A stretch of 64,000 nt of DNA, taken from NCBI GenBank assembly GCA_021613535.1, contig CP075493.1, positions 2,914,001 through 2,978,000 of the forward strand, written 5' to 3'. Made by a program: the position numbers and the translations under genes. Below are positions 1-16,079 of this stretch, one piece after another (within the stretch, counting starts at the first letter, position 1; each line of letters opens with the position of its first letter). The notes beneath the pieces were generated by a model. The model was not told where the DNA came from and searched no databases. It saw only the letters and a list, made by a program, of their open reading frames with translations. The stretch is from Adineta vaga. Lineage: Eukaryota > Animalia > Rotifera.

Positions 1-728
1 ATCGTTCAAATGAAGTGAACTTTAGAAACATTTGCTTTCAAAGATATTTAAAAGGTATGTTTCAATCCATTGATATAAAGATACTTCCATATAATAGGAA
101 ATGAAGATGATAGTATGAACTGAGACTAGATGAAGTCTGTATTACACCCACTTGGGATATTTAGTACTACGGTACCGAAAATACGATTTCCAAAACAGAA
201 TAATTGTCTTTTGTTTTGGGGATGACACTTCCAAGTAGTGAGTATTGTTGTTCTGCTTTTGGAAACTGGTTGAATAACGATTAATTATTACATTGTATTT
301 TGATGGATACGCTGTCTCCGTATCAAGGAAGTCATGTTTCTTTAGCTCACTTCTTATAAACCATCGATATACCGTATACTATTCGAACTGATGAACTATT
401 CTAAAAGTTCAGTTAATTAAGCTGAGCTTTTCTAAAAACTGATCAATTCTGAATTAGTACTGAGCTTTGTTGATCCCTAATGGGAATAGAAAAAGTAGTA
501 TCAAGAGAAATGTACGACTAAAGTTGTTTGTAGAAGAAAAACAATTTCTTGAAGAGATGATGTACTCAATGATCAGATCATTCGTAGCTATTGGTAAAAG
601 TATCAAGAGATGGATTTCGTATTGAAAAACGTTTGTTTTTTCTTCTATATTTTAATCAAATGAAAAAGAAACCAAAAAAACCTGATGATAAATGTTCCCG
701 TTAGATATAATATATATATATTCAAAAT

Positions 729-2605
<1,877 letters not shown>

Positions 2606-3100
2606 ATTTTTGTATTGAGAAGCTACCTAAACGAAAGTTTTGTATTGAATATGAATAAGAAAAGAATGAACTTTTATGTTTGAGATGACCTATCTCTCTC
2701 TTCGTTACAGTCCGTTGAACATACGAAATCTCTCATCCATGATATGAATATAGAAGAGAAACAACAACAACGAATGATCAAACAATTGAAATTGACATAA
2801 TTAGAATGAATGAATGAATATATATATACACACATGTGGAAATATTGAAATAGATTTATAGTTAATATCCATATAAATGTTCTTTATTAATTTAAAGAAA
2901 AAGGAAAACTTAATTAAATATTCTTTTTTGTGTTCAGTAAAATCATTTCGTGTTATTGGATATATATATGTATATATATAGTTGTATATGATGAGATTAT
3001 ATTGATACTATTTTTCCGAACAGTCATATACACAAAAAAAAGGAACAGAAAAGAGAAAAATATGAACAAAAAGAAAACTTCTTATACTGATTAGACTAAT

Positions 3101-6100
3101 TTAATCAGCACACATTGGTTCGGATAGATTGAAAGTATTGGATAGAGGTCGAAGAATAATTGTTGTCGATGATGGTGATTCTTCGGGAATAGGTGTTGTA
3201 TCCATTGAATTATCATCACAAGTATTTCTGATCGTTTTCTTGACACCTGTTCTAGTAGGTTTAATATCTTCTCTTTTAACAAGCATTGTTTCAACTAAAT
3301 CAACATAGGACATCAATTCATTAGCTTCATCCGCTTCAAAACCCTATGAAAACGAAATTGATATACACATGATGGTTATAGAACTGTTTACAAACCTTTT
3401 CAATTGTTTGTTCAATAAGTTTTGTTAATAAATATCGAAGTTCATCAGTATCTGTAACACAATCTACAATTAATTGTGGATCAGGACCTTGAATTAATTC
3501 ATTCTCTTCATCGTGATCATCATCATCATCATCATCGTTATCATAAGCCATTAAGACTTGTTGACATGAAGATATTTCAGAATTTAAATAAGCTATTGTC
3601 GTTTCTAATTTATTTATTGATTCTCGTAATGGTGTACATTGAGAATCTTCCGATGGATGACTATTTGTTGCACTAGTTACAATCGCATTACTTAAACGTT
3701 TACAAAATCGTTCACGTTTACGACTTGCACGTTCACGGTTGTCAATTAAGGTATTCATATCACGATTAATACCAGAAATAAGTTTTCGACGACGAATAGC
3801 ATTCGTAATCTAGAAATGTTTCCTATGAAAAGCAAGCTGATGAGGGAAAAATTGTATTACATACGCCTTGTTGAATAGTAGCATAATGTGCACTCATTTC
3901 TTTAGTTGTTTTACGCACTCGAGTTGAACGCATTTGACGTCGTAATAAATGTACCTAAAAAGCAAAAATTTATTTCCGTAACATTACTTGTGACGAAGGA
4001 AAATCTATTCTTGTTGAAAAATATTATGCATCTTACTTCTTCTTGTTTACGTTTAAGAATCATTTCTTTTTGTTTATGTTTAGCACGTAATGATCGAATT
4101 TCATTATCTTTTTGCATTTGTGTCTACAAGAGCAGAAAACAGAGGAGTGTTCGAGATATTCACTTTTGTATATTACTCTAGAATAGTACTTACTCGTTTC
4201 AATGTTGCTATTTCTCGTGCTTTTGCTTGTTCAGCTTGTTTATGTCGTAGAAATTCTTGTCTTAATTCACGTGTTAATTGTACTTTCATTTTACGTAAAT
4301 CTTTCAATTCATTCGTATGTTTTGCTAATTCTTTCTTATAATATTCACCATCTTTTAGGCAAACAGCATATTGTGCACGTAATGTTGATAATTCATTATT
4401 TTCAATTTCTAATCGACGAATTTTTTCTTCATAATCACGTCGAGCTAATTTTAATTCTTCAGCATTATGCTGATCACGTGCTGCCGTATCTAAATAAAGA
4501 CAAATACGAAAGATATGAAACCAAGATATTCAAAATCAACTGACTTAATTTCGATACGGCAGCTTGTTTTTCATCATCAGCATTTTGTATACGTTCAGAA
4601 AGGAGTTTGATACGTTCTTCGTAGCGTTGACGTATAGCATCACTACGTTTACGTGCATTTTCAAGCATTTCAAGACATTTTTGTTTTGCATTGATTTCTG
4701 TTGTAATAATAACTAATTTTTCTTCTTGAACATCAGCTGAAATGAAAATGAAAAATAGTCGAAATGTTAAGACAATCAATGATTGATAAACTTACATTCA
4801 GTTTGAACTTCATCTTCAATCGGTATTTGTGCTTGTTCATCATCATCTTCACTATTCAGCATGTTTTCTTGTTCTTCAATGATAGGCATATTTGATCGAC
4901 TATCAAGCGGATCGGATAATGGATTAGTTGACAGAGAATAGATCGGTTCAGTGTTTCTTTGTGGTGCCATTTCGTGTGGTTCTTGAGGAGAACCAGGAAT
5001 AGTACTGAAACCAATACGAATTGGTTTTGTTGAACCACTTCAAATAGAAATATGAATCGATAGTGAACGTTTTAAAAATTGTTAACACAAACGTTTCACG
5101 AAGTAATTGTTCTTCACGTCGTAGACGATCGATTTCTAAACGAATATCTTCAATACAAGGTTGTAATTCATCTGAACCAATATTATTTTGATTAAATTCA
5201 AGTGATAATGGTTGATCAGCGGAAAATGATCCTAAAGAGATAGAAATATTTTGAATTATAATGAAATGATAAACAAAATAGAATAATCATTATCTTTGAT
5301 GAGCTACTTACGTGTCGAGAGACGAGTTTTTCGACGATTGGATATTGGACTACGTTTTCGAAGAATACTACTAACATCATTCATCCGTGAGAGACGAGAT
5401 CTATAGGGGAAAAAATCATTTATTTTCTTAAATGAAAAACAAATTGTCGTTTTTCTTACTGAATTTCATCGCTTTTCACTAAACATTGATTTAACATTTG
5501 TTCATAGTCAAATGTTGTATCACTTGTTTGTCGATGATCACGAACTTTTTCTAGATCATGTTTTAATGTTTGTGATATGGTATTTGTTTCATTAATAGAA
5601 CGCTGAATTGTATATATATATGAACGTATACGTTCGAGTTCTTGATTTAATGCACTCGTACGTGCTTGATCAAAGTCACCCTGAAACAAATTCAAAATTA
5701 ACAATGACATAGATCTGATTTGCCGTTTTTCTTTTATTTACCGATGATATATGTTCATTTTTATCGACTAATGTACGTAACCGTTCAATTTCCATTTGTA
5801 ATTGAACAATTTGTCGACTATGTTTGTCTTGATTTACTTTAACACGATTACGTATATTACGTGCACGTTGCGCATAATTAAGTGTACTTTTAGTTTCAGA
5901 AAAATCTCGATCAACTGGAGATACACATGCTATCATTAATGTTCGACTATTAAACGAGAAAATAAATATTTCTGAACGAGAATAAACATATGATGATTTC
6001 GACATACCTATTGCCACCTAAAGAATCTTGTAATAAACGTGTTAATTTTGAATCACGGTACGGTACATGTGCTCCTTTTTTCAAAGGATCACCTAAGATT

Positions 6101-7338
6101 GATATAACATTGCCAAGGACCAACTAAAAATATATAAGAAAACAATATTTTTAGAGTTTCAAAAGAATTCTTTGCTTTTTTTCAATGAGACGAACCAAGC
6201 CACTGTTGATACTGATGCCTTCTTTCGCACGTTGACCAGTTGCACCCGTTCGTTTTAAACTTTCTGAACCAGCTAAATCCACGAAATGAATTTTTGCACG
6301 AATTTGTTCACGTAAATTTGGATTGGGTGTCTGAATAGATTTCAGAAATAAAATCAATATTTTTTTAAATTTATTTATTACTCACAGATGTGGACGAAAC
6401 AACACGTTCGAATTGTAAATTTACAGTAAATATGGCGTGTGAACGACTAGATACACTGTTCATACGTGTGGATGCTGTCGTTCGACTTAGTGCACCTTCT
6501 CGTAAACAATCAAGTGTCTAGAATTAGCAATGAAGAGCTTTGGTTAAAAATTCAATCGTATCAACAAACCTCATGTGCAGTTGTAACATATCGTGTCGTT
6601 ATATTCGTAACTGCAATTTCTCCATTACTGTTTTCAAATACCACATGTTTATCTGTATTTTTTTGTAAACGAAAATCATTATTTTCTTTATTAAATAAAT
6701 CATAAATATTTTCATTATAAATCTAAGAAAGAATTGAAGAAAATAACAATGATAAATATGGCAATAGTTACTTCAATAAATTGACATGAGACTACACATT
6801 TTGGTAATACAATTCCTTTTGCTTCTGCTTCACGTTCATAACTTGCACATCGTTGAAAAATATGCATAATTGCACGAGGTAAGATTCCTTCTTTTGATCG
6901 ATCCATATATTCAATTCCACTTCCCATCGTAAAAGTTTTTCTATACAAATCAAGTTAATCAATTGTTTCTTTCTCATCGAACTATATACCCAGAACCGGT
7001 TTGCCCGTAGGCAAGTATTGATGCACTATAACCATGAAAACATCCTTCGATCATATCATGAACACATTCACGATAGAGATCTTCTTGATCTGTATCGGAT
7101 AAGAAGACATGATCAAATGTAAAAGCTGAACTATTAGCTAAAATAATTTCATTTGTATTTCGTTGAACTTCGACACATGTTTGACAGAAATCTTGTTGTT
7201 CATTATTTGATAGTGGACGGACACTATTATAAAGAAATGTATCTATGGACAAGATATTTTCTTTGAAAAAAAATCCATTTACCGAACAGCTGCTTTAACA
7301 CAACTAGCAATTTCCTTATTCAAATTTGCCGGTTCCAT
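3101..7338 (-). CDS. Kinesin-4 family motor, KIF21-like (N-terminal motor plus coiled coils; no WD40 tail seen), multi-exon
   Basis: VAVR/VRP-type start, P-loop AYGQTGSG|KTFTMG, switch [12 protein letters not shown], switch [11 protein letters not shown] followed by [18 protein letters not shown] (KIF21 signature), [31 protein letters not shown]. Long coiled-coil exons run 3336-5710. Confidence 0.9.
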
Positions 7339-7886
7339 TTTCTTGGACAATCAAATACATGTGTAGATATATGCAGTAGGAAAAAACGAATTTTTTCAAG
7401 AGACAAAGAACTTCTGTAAGACAAAGCATCCGACTCGCGCTTGACAAAAGAACTCCTCTTAATTTATCAATTTACATATTTTATTCAATAGAATTCTTTT
7501 GTATTTTCAAAAAACGTTTTTTTAGTCAAATTTCAATGCTCATATAGATGTCGCTAGAGGACTTTGATTGTTTTGTAATAGAATATTTTTTTTTGAAATA
7601 AAAATATTCTATTTCTTTCGAAATTCGAAAAAAAAACAGAATTTATTTCAAAAGATTTTTAAGATCATTACTGTGGATAGGCTGATTTATGTTACCAATA
7701 AATCAATAAATGAGAACAAAAAAAAAGAAAAATGACGCGAGGAGGAACAGAATTAGTTAGTCTTTTTTTTTCTTTTCTTCTGTTACATATTTGTTGAGAA
7801 ATAGTAGCACAATGGTGCAATCTGCTTAATGAATAATCATATCTTCTAGATTTCATTATTCATAAAATATCTTCGAAAATTCTACA
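7339..7886. promoter_or_regulatory. Probable bidirectional promoter region between the kinesin (-) and CNOT4 (+)
   Basis: Head-to-head ATGs only ~550 bp apart; contains TAGATGTCGC at 7545-7554. Confidence 0.5.
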
Positions 7887-10800
7887 ATGGACAGTGACCA
7901 AGAGTCATGCGAAGTAAGACAATGTTTGTTCTTATCAATATAAATCTTTTATTCAATATGATTTTAGTGTCCATTATGTTTGGAAGTACTTGAAGCCGAT
8001 GATTTGACTTTTTTTCCATGTACATGTTGTTATCAGGTAGAAAGAAGAATGCTTCGAGCATAAAACACTAAATACATTTCGAAATATATTTAGATTTGTC
8101 GATTTTGTTGGCATCGTATTCGAACAGATGAAAATGGTCTATGTCCAGCATGTCGAAAAGTAAAATTTGTTTTGCTAGAACAATCGAGAAGTCCACAGAG
8201 AAAGTTCTTATTAACTATATCAAAATCAAAATCATATTATTATTGAATAAAAACGTGTAATAGTAGTTATGACCTATGATTATATGATCTTTAGTGAAAG
8301 AACGATACTCAAGTATTTGATTGTTGTAGAGTAGGAAAGAGATTATCATATACGATTTCAACCAATTGAATGTGTATGAAATGAAAAAAGAATAATTCTA
8401 TAGCATTTTTTAGAACTCGTAAGAATGAAGATTAGATGAAAGAATTTTTAATATTGTATAATTGTTTTTTATTTTTCTAGCCGTACAGTGAGAATCCAGC
8501 ACAATTTAAACCATTAACTGACGAAGAGTAAATATTCGATGAGTATATTTTAGGATAATATTCGTTATATTTTAGAATTCAACAAGTAAAACGTGATCGA
8601 AAATTAAAAGATTCAAATAAAAAACCAAAAATAACTGAAAGTCGTAAACATTTGGCAAATCTTCGGTAGATATATCTATTTTTCTCTATCTAAAAAACAA
8701 TAAACATCTATTCTTCAGAGTCGTTCAACGTAATCTTGTCTTTGTTAATGGTCTTCCATCACGTTTAGCTGATATGGAATTACTCAGACGAAACGATCAT
8801 TTTGGTAAATATGGTAAAATAGTTAAATTAGTAACTTCACCAGCACACAATGGACAAATGAATTCAATTTGTGTATATATAACATATTCACGGTCTGAAG
8901 AAGCTTTACGTGCGATACAATCTCTATGTAATTATCATGTGGATGGCCGTACATTGAAAGCAACATTAGGTACAACGAAATATTGTAGTCGTTATTTGAA
9001 AGGTGCATCATGTCAAAAAGCTGACTGTCTTTATTTACATGAGCCCGGAGATCCATTAGCAAGTTTTACTAAAGAACAAATGCAACAAGGGTATATTAAA
9101 GGATAGAAATATTTCTGTAGAAACATTTCTTTTCATCTAGTCTTCATTTGGAGTATGAACGAAACCTTATGGAACAGTATACAACGAAATCAACATCTAG
9201 TACGCCAAAGAATGGCCGAACAACGGTGAATGGGTAAGTTTTCTATTCGAATAACTTGTAAAATTGATGTCTCATTTTTGTTCTAGACATAAAACTGAAT
9301 CATCACAAAGACGGAAAGATCCTCTATCATCATCATCCACAGCAAATAATTCAAATACGGCAACATCCAATTCTATGAATGGACATTCAGATTTTGAATC
9401 AGGAGATGAAACCAATCATCTACATACCACATCAAATGGATATAATAATGATACATTCACTAGGTAAATAAATTTCAAAAGAAAATCTACAGAATACCGT
9501 GAATAATTATGATATTGTAACGATCATTTTCTTTTGAATAGTACAACTGCTATCAATGGTGATACATTGAATGGTGATTCCGATATGTCTTCAACATCAT
9601 CCCAAACATCATCTGAACATGATCCATCTCTTCGAACACAAACATATAATATTTCACCATCAAAGAATTGGCCAGATGAATCCGGAGCATATTTTCCTCC
9701 TCCTCCTCCTCCAAATCTCGTTTCTTCTTCTTCATCTTCTTCTCAATTACCAAACAAACCAATTGTTTCAACATCATTAAATTCTCCGAAAGATATTCCA
9801 TCGAATGAACCAACAGTAAAAACATATGATCAACTGCCAGAATATAAATTATTTGGTTCCAATGGTCCATCCATTCATTCACTTCTATTTGGAAATAATG
9901 AAAATAATCCACAACCTCAACGATCAGTAACTAATGGAATTGATCACGATTTAAGAGAAATTGAAAAACGATTAATGGGTAACATTAATTTGCTTTTTGT
10001 CATGTTAATTTTCATTTTTTTCTCTTTCATTAATTAGCAAATGGCCTTGAAAATACAACTTATGCACAAACTCAAGAAAACGATGAGCTTGGTAGATAGT
10101 TAACGATTTGAAGTCAATTAATTTATGTTCTTTTTCCATTAGGATTCGATCCATGCAGTTTGTTTATGTCAGCACTTGCATCCGATATTGAAGATGAACG
10201 ACGACCCTTATCATCCCAAACATCTGTATCCTATCGCCCAATATCAAACAATTCATATGGATTTCCATCATCTCAGTATATGTCTTCAGCAAATAATCCA
10301 TCTATAGGACAAATCAATCCATCATGGATGATGCAGCAGCAGCAGCAACAACAGCATCAACAACATCCGTATCATCATTATCATGAGCAACCAACCACAC
10401 CACCGAAACAGCAAAAATATCCAGTTGCATTTAGTAAATATTTCTTCTGTTTCGAGTATGATTTCAATTCATTTTGATTTAGATGGTTTATCTCCACGAC
10501 AATTGTGGAACAACACTCAACAACCACCACAACAGCATCAGCAATATCCAACACAGATTCCAACACGTTTAGATTTTTCTAATCAAATTCAACTACCATC
10601 GCAACAACAACAACAACGGCTTCCACCCAGACAATCTTCTCCTTCACCACAATATCCTCAAGCAATAAATCACACATACTCTTCTAATAGTACAGTGACC
10701 ACAAATAACTGTAAGAATAAAATAATTCAAAAACATATTCCGATCTATTTCTATTCGTAATATTAGTACCACCCAATGATCGATGGGTTAATTTACCATG

Positions 10801-11023
10801 GACAGATCCAGCTATTATATCTCTTGGAAATAAACTTGAACCCACATCCTCTCAATGGTCAACTACTTCTTCACAATCCCAAGGATCATCTGCGTTGTCT
10901 TCAGGGTCAAATCTCACATCAAATCCTCGTTGGTCACAACAATTACAAACGCCAATGTTCACAAATGGAATGTATATGCCATATTCAACAACATCAACTT
11001 TGGATGATGGAAATCGACCTTAA
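7887..11023 (+). CDS. CNOT4: CCR4-NOT subunit 4 (RING E3 ligase, RRM, C3H1 zinc finger), multi-exon
   Basis: C4C4 RING CPLCLEVLEADDLTFFPCTCCYQ|ICRFCWHRIRTDENGLCPACRK; RVVQRNLVFV RRM with FGKYGKI; LGTTKYC...CLYLHEPGD; CAF40-binding-motif-like NDEL|GFDPCSLFMSALASDIE (~10075-10195); WTDPAII in the last exon; TAA at 11021-11023. Confidence 0.95.
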
Positions 11024-11477
11024 TCTTCACAGTTAATCAAATCAATAGAAACAAACAAGGTCTTATTTTTCTTCCTCTTCTATCTATATGATGTACCATG
11101 CCCGGCTGATGGTCTGTTCGTTTTTTTTTCTCTCTTGTACTTCTTCTATGCCTATGATAATGATATTTTGCTTGTTTGTTTTCTCTATCACTCGTTGTCG
11201 TTTATCATATATACGTACTTATATACATATATACATACATGCAAATTATTTATATTGATAATTTATTCATAGTAGTACAGAGAAAGAAGAATCAGAATGA
11301 TACATTTCGCAAACATGAGAATTACCTATTCGTACGACAATAAAATGCAACATATATCTATAAAGCATCAAAAGTTAATCATACATATTTTTTTGTTTAT
11401 CGTCATCAACGTTTTTTTTGTTTCATTTGCAGCTCTTTTTGTGAGTTTCTTTATTCTTGCTTGTTTTTTTCGTACAT

Positions 11478-11502
11478 GTGTGTATGTGTGTGTGTGTGTG
11501 TG
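11478..11502. repeat. (TG)n microsatellite
   Basis: tgtgtgtatgtgtgtgtgtgtgtgtgt. Confidence 0.85.
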
Positions 11503-12314
11503 TCTCGACTAACTCCAATAGAGATCAACACAAATCATTGCAAACTTTCAAATAGATAAAAGAAACAAATTTATCAACGAAAATCAGCAGTGATACATAT
11601 AGAAACTACTCTCGTTTCGGAAGGCAAAGGTCAAATTTGAAGAAATCAATTTAGTTTTCAGTTCTATTGCTGAAAGTAAAACTAAGTTATAGAAGGAAGT
11701 TTTTCGCTATTCAAAAGCTTAGAAATGAAAACTAAAATTAAAGGAAATAGTGAGACGATGGAAATAGGATGAATAAATTAAATATTGAGATTGTAATAAG
11801 TGTGAGTAGTATTTCGATGAAAAACATTCAAGAACCATAAGTAAAGAAGCTACAAATCCAGATTTTACATTTAGATAATATTCAATGAATCTACTACTAA
11901 CGAACAGTTGATAGAAATCATGCGAAAGATGTTTCACAATTTGCATAAATGAAAATATATCATATACTATACTTTCCATCAAATCTTAGCTTTGATATAC
12001 AGAATTACTCACTGTCACTCATAGTTTATCAACTGCTAATTTCTTTTGCGTGATATTTATGGAAGATAATAATATATTAACGATACAATTCATTTCCATT
12101 TTTCTCGATATTTAAATAAAATCAACGATTCACAATATCAATTTCCACCTATTGTTAATTATTATTTCGATTTGTAAACAAATACAAAAAGCTAATACTA
12201 ATTCATAACTGTCAAACAAAGAAGAAAAAAAAAGAAAAAAAACGAAAAGGAATATTCATGAAAACAAAAACTATGAAAAAAAGGAAAGAAAGAAAAAAGC
12301 GGATTCTATAAGAA

Positions 12315-14923
12315 TCATAAACATCGTTCATAAAATAACAGATAACAATTTTCAGTAATATATGGCGTTTGAAAAATTTGATCGATTTGATTGATTTCTG
12401 TAATACGTTCATCATCACTTAGAAACCAACGTGAATGATCAGTACGATACAAACAAACATAATGTCCATTTGTGGATGATCGAGAAACATTCTTAGATAA
12501 ATGTAAACATACTGCAATTAATCGATAACGTGAAGGAATTGTTATCGAAAGATTTGTCAATCCAAGCCATGTTGTATAATGAATATTGGATAAATCAAGA
12601 ATTTTTGAAGGTTCTATAAAAATATTTGTAGTTAATTTTGATGTTGTTTTTGAAAGACGATCATAGGAAAAACGTTTTAATTGAATACAAAGAACATTCG
12701 GAAAGTTTGCGATCATTGTTTGACTTTTTATTTTTGAATATTGACGATTAGTAATTGATGGAATGATAGTAATAGGAGCTAAAATAAAATCAAAATAGAT
12801 TCGAAATTTTCAATTATTCATAGAGTCATATTTACAAGAGACGGATGCTGAAGATAATTGAGGACGTGTCGTAAGAACAGGTGACAGAGTAGATCTAAAT
12901 TCAACAGAAAATATCTTCTTCCGAAAACCTGAAGTTTCATTTTTGAATATATATACGCTATTTTAGTAAAAAGTTTTGTTCCATAGTTATCTATTCTTGT
13001 TTCTCTTTCGTAATTAGCATGATTTTGACTAGAACAATATGAACAGGAGATGGAATCAATCTAAAATAAAGGAGATATTATTTCTGTTTAATTAGAAGAA
13101 GATTTCATACTTGTTCAATTTTGGGTAGTTGAGAAATCAACCGTTCAAATGTGATATCTGTCCTATTCACCGGTATTGTTAAAATTTGAAATGGTTCCGA
13201 ACGAAAACGTATATGAGAACAACTAAAATATGGAATTTTATTTTGAGGAAAAGAAGATCAACTAGAGATATGACTCACTCAGTACAACAATGTGCATGAA
13301 GAAGTTGACCAGAAAATGTATGTTTTAGAATTGAACCACGTTGAAGTTGATGCATCAGCCAAGTTAAATCAACGTATTGAATTAAATACGATGCTTGTGC
13401 ATCAAGATTGTCTAACGTGATTTTATTATGAAGCTAAAAAAACGACGAAAACTAATTGATATTTTGTTTTTCAAATCATAACATTGTTCATACTTGTGCT
13501 TCGTTCTCAATAAAGATTTTATTGAGATAATCCAATGAGAATGTTGTTAATTTTTGATTGTATACTTGTTCAAGTACACTAAATATCAATGATATTTACA
13601 TAGAGGAAAGATCATTCATCAATTCTCACTTTGTCGAACAAACGGATGTTTGTTTTGATAGTGCATTATTCAATACATCGATTATTGATTGAAATAATTC
13701 GGCTATATCTGTTGTAGAATGTTTTGTTAATAAATCTGGATAGATTGTGTTTAATTTCGAGATGAATAACGATGTATCAATCAACGCATTCCATCGTTTA
13801 TGTTCAGATATACGATGATCATTACGTAATTGAGCCATAAGATCAAGAAATATTGGTACAATTGAATCATAGGTTGAATTTGATAACTAAATTATAAAAT
13901 CATTTTGTGCGAGTGAATTATTTTAAAATATCGATATGTTTGTGTCTGATCAAAGAATAGTTGCATTAGAAAAGACGATTGAAACCTTAGAAGTGTGTGT
14001 GACTACTTCAGTTGCACTTGAAAAGTCTGTTCAAATTAGTTTCTTCTCATCAGTAAGTTGAAATTTTGTATGAAATTATCAATTCAAATCTCATTACTTA
14101 CATTAACATTCCGTTGTAATGAAGTACAAAAAGTATTTAATGATGCTAAACTTTGTAAAAGAGCATTTAATGAACATGTTGTCCCATGTAAATTAAGAAT
14201 GCCTGGTCTTGCTAATGTCTGTGCTGATGATGATGGCTAGAAAATTCCAAGTAGAAAAGAATTTTGTTATAAAAAAAGATGTCCTACCAATTGAAGTTCT
14301 ACATTATTGATCGGTTTTATATGATAACTGTATAAATGTTGTTGTGGAACTTTTTGTGGTGTGAGAATTTTAGAAGGTGTACGTTGAATGAAATTTTTCA
14401 AAATGAAATTGTAGAAATGAATTAAAATTGAACGCCATATTGTAATCCAAATAGAAAACAATATTTTTATTCCATATTTTAGAATATCAAAACGTTTCTC
14501 AGTATAAAGTGTACCAAGAATATGAATTAGAAGAAAACTTATAAGTAAATAAGTAATATGAGAATAGATTGATATAAAACCAATTAAAAAACCCAAAAAC
14601 ATACATTCATTAATTAAAATATTAAAACGATTTTCTTTTCTAAATAAATCAAATAGAATAGACTGTTTCGTATTCATCTTTGACAATACATACTCGTTAT
14701 TAATAATGAATAATTTTGTAATATTATCAACAAATAAATAAAGTAATAATTCAAATATAAGATTTAACCAAAACCGCATTATTGCAGATAATATAAACCA
14801 CAAAATATACTTTTCTAATAAACAAATTTATAATGAGCAAATTTCATTCGTTCATAAATCTACCAATGAAACATATGAGTCATATCTAAGGCGAAGGCGC
14901 GGCTGAACTCGATACGAACACAT
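12315..14923 (-). CDS. Ubiquitin-specific peptidase (C19), USP30-like, with a long hydrophobic N-terminus; start uncertain (ATG at 14923 or ~14779)
   Basis: Cys box RPGILNLHGTTCSLNALLQSL (~14140-14210); TDIAELFQ box; PNVLCIQLKRF; His box YRLIAVCLH...NGHYVCLY...WFLSDDERI; YLLFYER terminus. The 14267-14803 ORF is rich in transmembrane-like segments. Confidence 0.85.
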
Positions 14924-15064
14924 TTCTCTTCTCTCCTTCTGTTCTGTGTAGCTCAATAATAATGTTGTGAGAATGAGAACAGACGAATTTATGTAGTCTG
15001 TATTCGTGATCTATCAAATTTCTTGTTATTAGATATCTTGATTTGATAAAATTCAAGTTGAGAA

Positions 15065-16079
15065 TAGTGGCGTAACCAGGGGTGGCCAGGGGGGCTCAGC
15101 CCCACCACCGGGCTTTTGAGCCCCACCATCCAAATTTTAGAAAGGGAATGAAATTTGGCAATTGAAGGTCTGTTCTTGCGCAAATCTTTTTGAAGTGAAA
15201 CTGAGCTTATCTTTCACTCTCATTTATCGATATTATGAACATCTTGTAATAATGAAAGTATTACAGATCTAAAATATTGATCTGCATATGAGCTGTCTCA
15301 GCGCTTGTTAGATTAGTAAAAAGTACAATCTATATTAGTGTCGTTGTAGATATGTGAAAAGAACGTTCTCAGAAAGGGAAATGATCAGAATGACTGATGG
15401 TCGATTGAGTAATATTGCTTTAATTTCTGTTGAACATTACATTGAAATTATCTAGGAAGAAAAGACGTTCAAAACAGTTGTCAGATTATACTGATATAAA
15501 AATTTGTCTTATTTCCTTGTCTTTAGAAATATTTTTTGCATGTACACATGAGCTGATCATTCATTGACATCAATCAGCTTATAGACTTCTAAATGTACTT
15601 TAATACGGTGTTCAAAAATTTAGTAATGTTAGCATTTCTTAATCAACTTTATTATTAGTAATGCAATCTTTGAAGTATCAATTAGGTCTTTTTTAGTCTT
15701 GCCTCAAATCTCATGTTTTTTCCCAAAAAATATACCTGCGCAAATCTTCCCAAGAGATTTGTAGAAGTGCACTTGGTTTTTAAACATTAACTTAACTAAA
15801 AAACGAGTTACTTCAGAATTTAATACGGTTTCTTTAAAAATTATATAAGCATATGAGACATCCTTGCGATTTTTCGCACTAATTCTCATACTACACATCC
15901 GAAATTTTCAGAACATGCTTAGCATAAGAGGATGCAACTTTGTTATAAAAAATGGCGTATCAGTCCGACCCTCTCGACAGAAAAATGGCAGAAACTAGAT
16001 TCGTCGTTTAATTTCACTAAGGGTATACATAGCATGGGGGCTGAGCCCCACCACTCTAAAATTTCTAGTTACGCCGCTA
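15065..16079 (+). mobile_element. Non-autonomous hAT DNA transposon (internally deleted)
   Basis: TIRs TAGTGGCGTAACCAG / CTAGTTACGCCGCTA; perfect 8-bp TSD GTTGAGAA (15057-15064, 16080-16087); GGGGCT(C/G)AGCCCCACCA subterminal repeats; remnant of the hAT dimerisation domain (ERTFS...MTDGRLSNIALISVE, ~15355-15435). Confidence 0.9.

Noticed and set aside
1-700. Possible gene or repeat at the window start
   Set aside because: No ORF, splice pattern or terminal repeats that I can support.
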